64,000 bases of DNA from the human T2T-CHM13v2.0 reference genome, Homo sapiens: NCBI RefSeq assembly GCF_009914755.1, contig NC_060935.1. The stretch is one strand, 5' to 3'. Position numbers and translations under genes: made by a program. The notes under the pieces are model-generated. The model made no database searches. It saw only the letters and a program-made list of their open reading frames with translations, and was not told the origin of the DNA. The stretch's first letter is position 1; the number at the start of each line of letters is the position of its first letter. Shown here piece by piece: positions 42,411 to 59,215 of the stretch.

Positions 42411-42513
42411 GACATGGCTTCCCTCCATCCGCTCCAGCAGCTTGTGCTGGTTCCCGGCCACTTACAGTCTGTATCCCAGTTCCTGCTATCTCAGACCCAG
42501 CCTGGGCAGCAAG
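42411..42513 (+). CDS. POU2F3: POU2F3 exon 5 (103 nt): [34 protein letters not shown](G)
   Basis: gtgtag|GAC ... AAG|gtaaga; Gln-rich segment similar to the Oct-1/Oct-2 N-terminal activation region; overlaps ORF 42414..42638. Confidence 0.96.
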
Positions 42514-43252
42514 GTAAGAACCCTGGGGGTTTCCACCTAGACCAAGTCCAGTCAAGTGCTGCTGTTGCTGCTGTTTTTTGCTGGGTGAGGGGGCCTAATT
42601 GGAGAGCATGCGTCAGTCAGTCACCCATCTGCTATTAAGACCTACTTATCCACCCCAGGGTCTGAGGAAGGGACCCTGGCAATGCTCCTCCAGGCTTAGT
42701 CTCCTTCTCTGCTTCCCCTTCCCAGCCTCCTGTTGGGTGGTCTGGTCCACCTCCTCAATTTCGTGGTGAGTGGAGACGGAAGGTGCAGGCGTGGAGCAGA
42801 GCTATGCTGTACAAGGGAGGGGAAGCGCCCTGGGAAATGCAGTACAGACAAGTCCCAATTCCTTGGAAATCTCTCCTGGACACAGATTCAGACTTGCTTC
42901 CTGGAAGCCTGGCTGTGATTCTATTTGGAGAGAGCAGCAGTGCCACCCACAGGTTGTAGAAAGGGTGTTCAGGTTTTCTTTGGCAGGGAAGTTACTCGCA
43001 GAGAACTTCTCCCTGGCCAAGAGCAAATAGATTGAACTATTAATAAATAGCTAACATTTCTTGAGCATGATGTGCCAGGAGCTCTTCTGAGTAATTTTTC
43101 TGACATTCCTCAAAATAACCTTGTAAAGTAGGTAGTTCTATTATGCCTCTGGTGACCTACTGGGAAGTTCCAGAACCGTTTAGCTGAGACCCATACTCTT
43201 GGTCATCACAGTGTGCTGCCTGTCCCACTCCCATCTCCATCAGCTAGGGTCA

Positions 43253-43563
<311 letters not shown>

Positions 43564-45072
43564 TAATGGAGGAAGTATAAACTCTCTCCTGTTGCACAAA
43601 TCCCAAGTAGAGGTTTTGGAAATCCAGAATCCAAACAAAATGCAACTCTGCCTTCCGCCCTTAGCACCTGCACAAATGACAGTCACTATCCTTAGTTTCC
43701 AAGGCACCTCAGAATATTATGGTGATGAATGAGACCCTATTTGAATTTTTAAGTGTTTATTTTGGTTAAAAAATAAACATCATACTCCTGGAATGGAAAA
43801 GGGAAGGTAACAGTTTAATTTGTTTTCAGAAGACTGGAGAGCGACATGAAAATGGCCCAGGCTTATAACCACCTAGGTCAGTGTATGATGCAGTGGTGGA
43901 AAGACACTTCCAAATTTGGAGTCAGAAAAATTTACTGGTTTCTTTAAAAAGTCACTTACTAACTGTGTGTTTTGGGGAAAGTTACCTAACCTCTCTGAGC
44001 TTCCATTTCCTCTTCTGAAAAAATGGGATAATAGCAAGGCTCTGCCTCATGAGATTATTGAGAGTCACTTGAAATAATGCATGTGAAAAGGCTGTATCCA
44101 TTTCAACCGCCATGTCAGAATTGCCATTAGTACCCAAGCCTCTCAACTCCCAGTTCTGGATTCCTTGTAAGAGCTTTCTTGCCTATGTATTTTAATAATG
44201 AACAATGAAGCCCTGACTTTTTGAAACTGAAGAGCATAAAGGTCAACATCAGCAGATGCTGTATGTACATTGTGACCCAGAACAGCCTAGGGAAAACAGA
44301 GACCCCAAAGTGCTGTTGAGTGACAAGCGATTGGGATGACCAACCCCATTGTCTGCTTTGGTGGTTTGATGGCCCCACTCCTGCTGGGAGAGTGAGCCAC
44401 CAACCAGGCAGAGTCCCTCATGTACCGTTTTCCTGGGGAGGATGGAGAAGCCGGTATAATACATACTGCCCAAGGGAGTTTCCAGAGGCTCAGCCCTGGA
44501 CTTTCCCTCCTCTCTCAGCCCTCTCTCCCAAGTATAAAATGTCCTGGTCAGCCACATGCCTCTGGCTAAGGCCCACTGCCCTTTAGAGCCGTATGGTCGT
44601 ATCTGCTTGGTCTGGCATCCTCGCAGATTTGATTGGGCCTCTGTAGCCATAACCCAGCTACTTCTCCTGCAGGGAAAGCCAAAATCCTCAGCCCTAGCTT
44701 GAATTCTCAGCAGCCACCCTGCATCCTTTCCCTTCTTGGTTTTCTTCAGCTCTGGTAATCAGATCCCAGAGTAGATCGTCTTGACCCTCCTTAGCCTCTA
44801 CGCCTCTCCAGACAGGCGGGCAGGTGGAAGGACTGGTTTGGGGACTGCTGTTTACATGTCTGTTTATCCCTGTATCTGATTTGCCTCCACCTGTATGTGG
44901 CAATGCCTGGCAGTGCTAGGAGGGCCTCTCCATGGGACTTGAGGTGGGTGGAGGGACCTGATCAGGTGGCAGGGGGTGGGGACAGTGATCGTGGTGCCAA
45001 AGTTGTAGCACATGTGTTTCAAATAGCCTGGATTTTATTTGTCTGTTCCTTTGTCCCTCCCCTTTCACCCAG

Positions 45073-45155
45073 GTCTGCAGCCAAATCTCCTCCCCTTTCC
45101 ACAGCAACAAAGCGGTCTCCTCCTCCCACAGACTGGGCCGGGACTGGCATCCCAG
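45073..45155 (+). CDS. POU2F3: POU2F3 exon 6 (83 nt): (G)LQPNLLPFPQQQSGLLLPQTGPGLASQ
   Basis: cacccag|GT ... CAG|gtaaac; phase 1 to 0. Confidence 0.96.
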
Positions 45156-45987
45156 GTAAACAACCCCATTCTTCCTGTTTCCTCTAGGAATGTCTCAGCT
45201 CTCACTGAGTTTAACTCACTGGTTTCCCCCTACCCCTTTAACAGGGCACTAACCCCTCTGGGGAGAGGGGATAGCAGGGAACTATCCATTGGCACAGGGG
45301 AAATCCAAGCTACAGCAAGTGGGGGGACAATTTACCAAGTGTCACTGGTGGGGCCACAGTTAGAATCCAGAGATTCCAGCTCCCAGGCCAGCCTCCTTCA
45401 TGCTCCAGGCACTGAACTCCAACCCTGCACAGGCCCCAGCATTGCTCCTCTGAGAGCCAGGCTCAGCTCACTTCTCAGGCATACCAAGATGGCCACGAAC
45501 CCTACCTAGGTGCTCTCAAGCCCCAAGAGGGAGACTAGAATACTACAGACCTGATGTCCCAGACCACAAAGCCAGTGTCTTTCACCTCTGGGCCACTATT
45601 CCAGATTGCCTCCTGCAGTGGGCACGTATATAGGCCAGTGGGCTGAGGTCTGGGAGAGGGGTTGTTTGCAGAGCTGCCATGGTTCCACACAGCACCTTTT
45701 TTCCAACTAGGAAAAAGGCACCTCTTCTGGCCAGGTGCAGTCTCATGCCAAGGTGGACAGATTGGCGACAGCAGCATGAGCTGTATCTTAGCTGCCATTC
45801 CTCCCCTGATCTGGGTGCCCCTGTACAGTTAATAACCTGCACAGCTGCATGAGATGGCTCTGCACAGATGGTTGGGCAGAATGGTTGGGAATGACTGCAG
45901 AGATCTCTGTGCTAAGATCCCCATGGCTCACCAAGAGCCCGGCCTTCAGAGAGGGCTGAGGCCACTAAAAGTACCTGGAGGGGAAGC

Positions 45988-46002
45988 TCGCCATCTAGTG
46001 GT
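45988..46002 (-). promoter_or_regulatory. CTCF-binding motif in intron 6
   Basis: + strand tcgccatctagtggt = ACCACTAGATGGCGA on the - strand, matching the core CCASYAGRKGGCR. Confidence 0.65.
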
Positions 46003-46825
46003 TGAAATGGGGACACCAGCATCATAAGCTGCTCTTCCGCCTCCTCCTGGCTGCCCTCTCCAGAATCTCATAGCCATGGGCTTACAGCTGGAAGAGATCT
46101 TAGAATCTTCAAGATCAACTCTCATCTCTTATCATATTTTGGCATGGAGAGACTGGTAGCAGAGAGACCACATAGAAGATTATGAAGATCATCCAGGGGA
46201 GGGGTCATAAAGGATTGGCTTAGAGTTGTGGCAATAAGAAGAGGGGATGATTGAGGAGATGCTTTGGGAAGTTGAATCAGTGCAGTTTGCCAGTGGATTG
46301 GAGATGAAAGGAGGAGGGAGAAGGTCTAGCAGAGAGCCCCATAAGTCTTTGTCAAATGAAAGAACAAATGATTTAATGAAAAGGAAGGTTCAAAGAGGAC
46401 TGGGGCTTTGTCCTGAGGGTCTGGTCTATGCCACACTCTCCTCACACACCCTCTCCCTGCAAACTAAGACCAAATTCATGATGGTTTCAGACTAAAAGAC
46501 CCTTCACTGGGGGAAAGACTCCTAAACTTCTCTCTAGAGGTCCTTTTACCTTCTTCATCATAAGGATACCTATCTGAATGGTAAACCCAAATATCCCAGA
46601 GGAGAAGAAGTAATGTTTAGTCTACAAAAAGTAAATCAAAAAGGAGAGAAGAGGTGGATTTAGCCCTTTGAGCTAGCTGGCCACAGTGCCTGGACCCCTA
46701 GGCCCAGATTCCACTCTATCCTTGTGGAATGATAGATGTCCTTAAGATTGGATTCATTCCTGACCCCAAATAGGCACAGCATGGTTCTAGGTTTAAGGGT
46801 ACGTTTTCCTATGAAAATAAGCTCA

Positions 46826-47168
<343 letters not shown>

Positions 47169-47733
47169 TATCTCCTAGCAACCCAAATGTGATCAAGGTG
47201 CATTTTATAAAGGTACTGATTAAAATACCTTTGATTAAAAACAAAACACTTTCATGAAAGAAAATGGTGGTTTAGAAAGTAAAATGAGGCACAAGAGTTT
47301 GACATTTTAGGAAAGTTCTATGAAGGCCATGAGTTATTGGATGTCCCCTGTTATCTTCAGTTAATGCCTGTTCAACACCTCAGTTACCTGCTTTATGGAA
47401 AAAAACAAAAAACAAAAAAACAAAGCAAGCAACCTTTTCTTTGTCCAGTTCTGTGATTTGTTTTTGGAATCTTTGTAAACAACCCTGCTAGCTCCTTTTA
47501 TGGTAGAAAACTGAAAGGAGGAAGTAACCTGCTAAGACTCAAAAAGTGAGTCACAGGCTAAACTCAGGCCACCTCCCTATCCTGCACTCCTGATGTTTCT
47601 ACCCAGATATTCCAGTTATTTGCTATACATTTATAGAAACTTTAATTTCCACTTCCATGCCACTGGAAAAATATAAGACTCCAATGTACCCAGGGTGTAT
47701 CCAGGGATCTGTCATCCTCTAAGTGGGCCTATT

Positions 47734-47736
<3 letters not shown>

Positions 47737-47767
<31 letters not shown>
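47737..47767. repeat. (A)31 homopolymer not attached to an Alu
   Basis: Read directly; ends 58 nt upstream of exon 7. Confidence 0.95.
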
Positions 47768-47770
<3 letters not shown>

Positions 47771-47825
47771 GAAAATGTTATTTATTGATCTTCGTGGTGG
47801 ATCTGCTTGGCGTGTTTCCTATCAG

Positions 47826-48008
47826 GCATTTGGGCGCCCTGGGCTGCCAGGATCCTCTTTAGAACCCCACCTGGAAGCATCCCAGCATCTCCCAGTGCCC
47901 AAGCATCTACCCAGCTCTGGAGGGGCCGATGAGCCCAGTGACCTCGAGGAGCTGGAGAAGTTTGCCAAGACCTTCAAGCAGAGGCGCATTAAGCTGGGCT
48001 TCACACAG
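47826..48008 (+). CDS. POU2F3: POU2F3 exon 7 (183 nt): AFGRPG...[27 protein letters not shown], start of the POU-specific domain
   Basis: tatcag|GCA ... CAG|gtttgg; POU-S signature [19 protein letters not shown]. Confidence 0.98.
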
Positions 48009-48439
48009 GTTTGGTTTTAGGGGAAAAGATAGAAGAAGTCTAGCCGAGCGGCTGGAGACTGGGCTTCCCAAGTGCAGGTTTCAAGAGCGACCAGAGGCTC
48101 GATGTGTTTGGGGTCTCCTCATCATGTCCCTGAGTTCTCTGAGAATAGGGCACAGTTGCCATTGGTAGGGAAACTGAGGACGTTGCTGGTGGAGGAGAAT
48201 GAGAGGTGGAAAAGGGGCTGGCTCTCCTGAGCACGTGGGCGTGGTCCACTGAGAGTCTAAGGAGAGAAAGAAACCGATTCTTCACCTTAGAGGGAGGAGA
48301 CTTGGAAAGGAGCCGAGCATGGGTGAGCACTCAAAGATTCAGGCTGGCTGTGTGATCGATGCTAGGACCATGCAGGATGTGGGCAAACAAGAGGAGAAGG
48401 CTGCCTCTCATGTTCCTCCCCCTCGGTCCCCACGCTTAG

Positions 48440-48581
48440 GGAGATGTGGGGCTGGCGATGGGAAAGCTGTATGGCAACGACTTCAGCCAGACCACCATCT
48501 CACGATTTGAGGCCCTCAACCTGAGCTTCAAGAACATGTGCAAGCTCAAGCCCCTGCTGGAGAAGTGGCTGAATGATGCAG
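48440..48581 (+). CDS. POU2F3: POU2F3 exon 8 (142 nt): [47 protein letters not shown](E), POU-specific domain
   Basis: cttag|GGA ... GCAG|gtaggc; class II POU-S motif [25 protein letters not shown]. This frame is absent from the ORF track. Confidence 0.98.
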
Positions 48582-49204
48582 GTAGGCCTCGCAAACACGG
48601 ATGCCAGGGGCCCTAGAGGGCTCTGCAGGGAAGGGCCAGTGACTTGTCGTGTTGGGGCTTTTGGGAGTTTGATACCTAACACCCCCTTCTTCTCCTGAGA
48701 CTGGAGCCGATGGAGAAACAAGACACAGGACACAGGCAAGTGTAGATGAAAGTGTCAGCTCGACTACTGAGAAGCCCTCAGAAGGATGTGGATTTAGGTC
48801 TGTGTCCATCAGGATTTGTCCCCATTCCATTCCTACCCCATCCCACCCAGCATAGATCTTAGGACAGCTTGCCAGCAACAAAGTCTGGATCTGCAGAGCA
48901 GATACACTTATGCAGATTGCTGTCTGGAATAAGTCTAGTCAGGGATACAGGGCAGTGGGGCCTCTAGGGTCTCACTGGGAGGGGGAGACCACAGGCACGA
49001 CACAGGGTCTTTCCCTGGGTAGTTCTTGAGGAGGTTTTCAGCAGACAGGGACTTACTGCAACCCAGGCTGGTCAGGAAAGCCTGACAGCAGGAATGGGGT
49101 TTGCAGGAGGACTCAGTGAGGGGTGGTGGCCGGGAGGCAACCCAGGAGATCAAGCGTGTAAGCCAAGGGACCTCACATTTGGCAGCAGGGACTAGCATAC
49201 AGGA

Positions 49205-49429
49205 TGGGGCTTCTCAACCTTGGCACTATAGACATCCTGGGCCAGGTCATTCTTGTTACCAGGGACTGGCCTATGCATTGCAGGATGTTTTGAGCATCCC
49301 TGGTCCCTACCTACTAGTTGCCAGTAGCATCCACCCCCAGTTGAAACAGCCAAGAATCTCTCCAGACATTGCCAAATGTCCCAGGGGGAGTGGTGGTGAT
49401 GCAGAGTCCCCCCCGGTTGAGAACTGCCG
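49205..49429 (-). mobile_element. MER20 (hAT-Charlie MITE)
   Basis: Terminal inverted repeat cores ttctcaacc (49211-49219) and ggttgagaa (49415-49423); internal tctccagacattgccaaatgtccc is characteristic of MER20; ~220 bp. Confidence 0.85.
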
Positions 49430-50010
49430 GCCTAGGCAGAGAGAGGGAGTGAGCCAGTCTCCAGGGCTGGGCTCTATTCAGTCGATTCATATGGATTCGT
49501 GGTTACACTGGAGAGGGAGAAAAGGGTGGGGCAGCCAGCCAGGGCTGTTACTCATACGGAAGGGCCTCCACACGCAAGCATGGGAGGGGGCAGGAAGCTC
49601 CCCCTACAGGCTGTCCCTTAGACAGCCTTTATGGAAGCACTGAAATGAGCGAAATGATCCGAAGGTCTTCGAATCTCTGGGGAAGGGCCCTGTGACCATT
49701 CCTAGTCTCCATCAGATGCCTGAATCCTTCCTCAGGGATATCCCTCCTATGGCCCCTACAGCCTTAGCTCAAACATTTGCACTGGCAGGAAAATGACTCC
49801 AACACCAACAGTCTGTCACCAAGTGCCATTGCTTTTGGCTGCAAATCTCATTTCACATTTCACTCAGTATTCACATCCAGGCATATCTGTAAACAGCAGC
49901 CTCACGAGCATTACTCACAGGAGCCCTGCCAGTGCCCCCTTACACCCACATGTGTCACCGATGCATGAGCATCCCTCAGCTGTGACCCCAAACACTGGAG
50001 ACACTGCTGT

Positions 50011-50087
50011 GGGGGCCACAGAGGGCCATGGAGGGTCACGGAGGGCCACAGAAGGCCATGGAGGACAATGGAGGGCCACGGAGGGCC
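50011..50087. repeat. 10-bp tandem repeat (gagggccacg/gagggccatg-like) x ~8
   Basis: Read directly; ~190 bp upstream of exon 9. Confidence 0.9.
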
Positions 50088-50274
50088 TTTGCCCTGAGCA
50101 ATGAAAAGAAATAGGATTCTTGGTCTGTTCTGGGCTCCCTGCTGGGGGAGGGGATTGCTCCTGAAAATGCCACTGCAGAGCCCATCGGGAAGGGTTGTTG
50201 GACCTCAGATCCATGAAGGCACCGGCCACTCATCCCCTTCTCTGAGCTTCCTCTGGTCCTTCGTGTCCCTGCAG

Positions 50275-50411
50275 AGTCCTCTCCGTCAGACCCCTCAGTG
50301 AGCACGCCCAGCTCCTACCCCAGCCTCAGTGAAGTATTTGGTAGGAAGAGAAAGAAACGGACCAGCATCGAGACCAACATCCGCCTGACTCTGGAGAAGA
50401 GGTTTCAAGAT
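50275..50411 (+). CDS. POU2F3: POU2F3 exon 9 (137 nt): linker, basic NLS RKRKKR and homeodomain helix 1
   Basis: ccctgcag|AG ... GAT|gtgagc; encodes [45 protein letters not shown]. Confidence 0.98.
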
Positions 50412-51408
50412 GTGAGCAGCACCTTCGGGTGGGCACGGGTGGGCTACCTCACACAGGTAGGGAGAGCAGACACGGCCCAGGCCCCTTGGCACCAGCCCCT
50501 CCGCACCTCACACCTGCTCTGGGACACGATCAGAAAACACATTATCCCACTCCAGGCGCCCAGGTATTGGAGTGCAAAGCTGCCCTCCATCTCAGGTTCC
50601 AGGAACCTCCTCCTCCTCCACTGACCCTTCTTGCCCTGACATCTATTTAGGGCCCTTTGTTTTTCTCACTGGGAGATTTAAAGAATGGGCTATAGGGTCC
50701 CAGAACACAGTGTATCTCTGTATCCAGTTGAGGTAAAGGGAGCAAAGTCAGGGGATTGTATGTAAGTTCTCTATTTTCTATGCAGTACATTTTGTATTTT
50801 TCAAATTATAAATGTAATAAATGCTTATTGTAAACAATTTAAGTGCAGGGAAGTAGAAAGAAAAAAAACGCCCATCGCCAAATGCCATCTGACCTCATTT
50901 CCTTCTACTCCTTCTTTTCTATGCACATTTAGATACTTGTGATCGTGTTATACACCTACGTTTTTTGGAACTTGTAGCAAAAGCATGTTTTTGAGCCAGT
51001 ATGTGGAAGCTGTGAGCCCCGTGTGGGCTGGGGAAGAGAAGAGGGAGAAACAGATGTGGCCTAGCCAGCCTCTAGCCAGGCTCCCTCAGATCCCAGCCTC
51101 CAGAGCCGCCATGGGTACCACGCGTCTCCAAAGGCCCCAGGCCTCCAGGACTGCTGCCCCTCCAGCAGATTCCTCGCACATTTAGCTCAAAGATTTGGTG
51201 CCCATATCCAGCTAGCAGAATGACAGGAACTGGCTTTTCCTTCTTTTTAGGCTTTCTAGAGTGGCAAGGTTAAGGGAGGGTGTAGGAGTAGGGGAAAGTG
51301 GCCGGGGCTAGAGACCAGGTGTGAAGGATCAGAACAAGGGAGTGGCGCCCGTGTAGCATGTATTGCTATGCCACAGTCCTGATGGGTCCACATGTTTTAG
51401 CTTTCTCA

Positions 51409-51777
<369 letters not shown>

Positions 51778-52223
51778 AATGACAAGGGAGAAGGACATCA
51801 GGTAATAAGGAAGAACACAGAAGGGAGCAGCAGCTCTGGGGACTCTACCTGCCCCACATAACTCATCCATGGACTTCTCTCCTCTGAACTCATGAATGAA
51901 GGAAAGACAGCCTACATCTATGGAGACCCTACTTTGTATCAGGCCCTGTGCTTGACAGTTTACACACATTTTCTCATTTAATTCTCACAATAATCCTATG
52001 TGGTGGGCATGATTATTCTCATTTCATAGATGACAAGACAGGCTCAGAAAGGTTAAGAAAGTTTTGTAAGGACACGTAGTAAGTGAAAAAGCCAGTATTT
52101 CATCCTAGGTCTGACTCTAAAGCTTTTGATCCATGTATAGTTGTATCCTGTTTCTTTGGGACCTCTGTTCCCTGCCCCTGATTCCCTTCTCTTGGCCATA
52201 CTCTGTCCTTTCGGTGCCTATAG

Positions 52224-52385
52224 AACCCAAAACCCAGCTCGGAGGAGATCTCCATGATTGCAGAGCAGTTGTCCATGGAGAAGGAGGTGGTGAGGGTCTG
52301 GTTCTGCAACCGACGCCAAAAGGAGAAGCGAATCAACTGCCCTGTGGCCACACCCATCAAACCACCTGTCTACAACTCCCGGCTG
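52224..52385 (+). CDS. POU2F3: POU2F3 exon 10 (162 nt): homeodomain helices 2-3, [54 protein letters not shown]
   Basis: cctatag|AAC ... CTG|gtgagt; POU-homeodomain signature [14 protein letters not shown]. Confidence 0.98.
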
Positions 52386-52499
52386 GTGAGTGGCCAGGAA
52401 CCAAGCTGTCTGCCAAGCACTGGAGGGACATGATGCTTGGAGGGGAAGGTGGTGGCTGCAGGGAAGAGGGGAGCATCCAGTAAATAAATAAGCAAAGAG

Positions 52500-56260
<3,761 letters not shown>

Positions 56261-56517
56261 GGAGAAAATTTTCTGATCCTATCTTTGGGTCTCATTGAGA
56301 CAGTCCCTTGGGACTAGGACATAGTTTCTTCTGCTTCTGGAATAAAATGATTAGCAGGTAGAAAGGCAAAATGGTGCAGATCAGTGTGGGCAGAATGCTA
56401 CAATATATCTAGAAAATAAAAAAGGGGAACCACGTATATGTCTGTTCGCATATGCCTAGCCTGTCTCCAGAAGGAAACAAGCTGGCCGCACTGACCAAAT
56501 ACATTATCACTTATTTA

Positions 56518-56902
<385 letters not shown>

Positions 56903-58159
56903 TTACCACTCTGCCACCCCTCCCAACCTGTGCCCGTCTCCACCCTTCACAGGCCCCCAGCCTACTGAGGAGGCTCATTGTATAAGGAAAAGTAAATGAA
57001 AACAGGAAAACCATTTCTGATTAATGACGAAATAAGTACATGCTGCATCCTGTTAGGGTGGGATCTTCCAAACTGGGGAGAGCAGAACTACCTTTCAATA
57101 GCCTTTGCGAACACCTGGTCAGAGCTTCCCCTGTTAGCATGAGAAGAATAAGGGGCAGTGAAAATACACAGATTTTAGCTCAAAAGAAGAGTCGAATAAC
57201 ATCTAGAAATATACAGCAGTTGACAGCTGCTTCTTCCAGAAAGGGAGAGAACTAGCATTTAACAAGCTGACACTCTTTGCCAGCTGTTGGGTTGGAAGCT
57301 TTACAGACATTATCTCATTATGACTTAATTAAAATATATAATGGAAGTATTGCTGCTATTTTACAGATGAGAAAACCAAATCTCAGTAGGGTTAGATAAC
57401 TTGCCCAAAGTCACACAGATAGTGGTGGAGCTGTCTTACTCCCAGACCTGTTGGGCTCCAAAGTCTATTCTTTCTATTACATCTTGTTCTACATTGTTCT
57501 AGGATAGTAACAGTGAGGGGGAGGTTCCTGAATTGCATGGGAGGGTAAACAAAGTTATCCCAGGTCCCTTTCTAATCTCAGAGCTGATGATGCTATGAGG
57601 TCTCCAGGGCAAAATAAAAAGCTTCAGAGACCAAAGTTCAGTGCCTCCAGTCACCTCTGGAGAGTCCATGCTCCATTCATCCATCACAGTGGGAAAGCCT
57701 GCGAGAGGCTGCTAGGCTGAGCAACCCTGCTGTCCTCAGCAAAAGCAGGGTTCTTTTAGGGAAAAAGCAATGGAGACCAGAAAATGACAGGCAACCAGCA
57801 GTATCTGCCACAGCAGGGCCCAAGAGGCTTGTCTTGCTCACCTCCAGGGCTCTCAGGCAAGGCAGCCTTCGGCTTGGCAGTGTCAAAGAAACCTTATCAG
57901 GCAATACACATTGTCAGGGGCTGGAGGGCCCTGGTGTTGACACCAGGGAACTTCCGGGGCAGACTGGACCTGGTTCTGGATGCCAGTATGTGGTCCAGAG
58001 GCCTTCCCATAGAAAGGAGGATGGCATGTAGGCTAGGAAATCACCAAGGAAGCCAAGCCCTGGTCTCTGTAGAGTCTGGGGCCTACTGTCTTTGGAGAGT
58101 GATCTGAAGTTGGAGAAGGGAGCAGAAATGGACATTTACAAGCTTCTGTTGTTTTTCAG

Positions 58160-58226
58160 GTATCTCCCTCAGGGTCTCTGGGCCCCCTCTCTGTCCCTCC
58201 TGTCCACAGTACCATGCCTGGAACAG
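58160..58226 (+). CDS. POU2F3: POU2F3 exon 11 (67 nt): VSPSGSLGPLSVPPVHSTMPGT(V)
   Basis: gtttttcag|GTA ... CAG|gtgagc; phase 0 to 1 fits both neighbours. Confidence 0.94.
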
Positions 58227-58532
58227 GTGAGCTTTAAAATGAGATTTCTGAAGAACACCAGAATTCTTTTAAAAAATGGGATATTAGAACTGAAAGGTAT
58301 CTACCTAAGTCAGGCTTCCCTAAATGCATTTCAAAGGATATTAAAATCTGTGTTGGGAAAAAAGGGTTCTGTGATCAAATAAGTCTGGAAAATGCTGAGG
58401 AAGCCCAGTTTAAACAAGCGAATTGTTTTGTTTTGTTTTGCTTTAACTGCAGCACTTCTAAGCACTTAGGTGCATAAAATTCCAAAATGAACTGTGTGGA
58501 AGGCCCAGGGGAGGCAAGGCTTCCCAAAGTAA

Positions 58533-58971
<439 letters not shown>

Positions 58972-59215
58972 CCTTCCACTTTTCAAAGTGTCTTAGGGTC
59001 TTAGTTTGGATGGTAAAATATATGTCACCCTATCCATAGAACACAGTTTGGGAAACACAAACACAAGAGTTAATCCAAATACAAATCTGCCATTTCACAG
59101 AGGATGAAAATAAGTTTCAGGAAAGTGAAACAAATCAGCACAGGCCACAGAGCTGCTGAGTTGATGGCTGGGGACCAAGACAGGGCTCAGGTCCCCTCAC
59201 TCCCAGTTCATTGTT

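Noticed and set aside
50412-50624. Open frame continuing 70 codons into intron 9 (alternative C-terminus on retention)
   Set aside because: The donor GAT|gtgagc is adequate, I saw no nearby poly(A) signal, and the length is unremarkable for GC-rich DNA.
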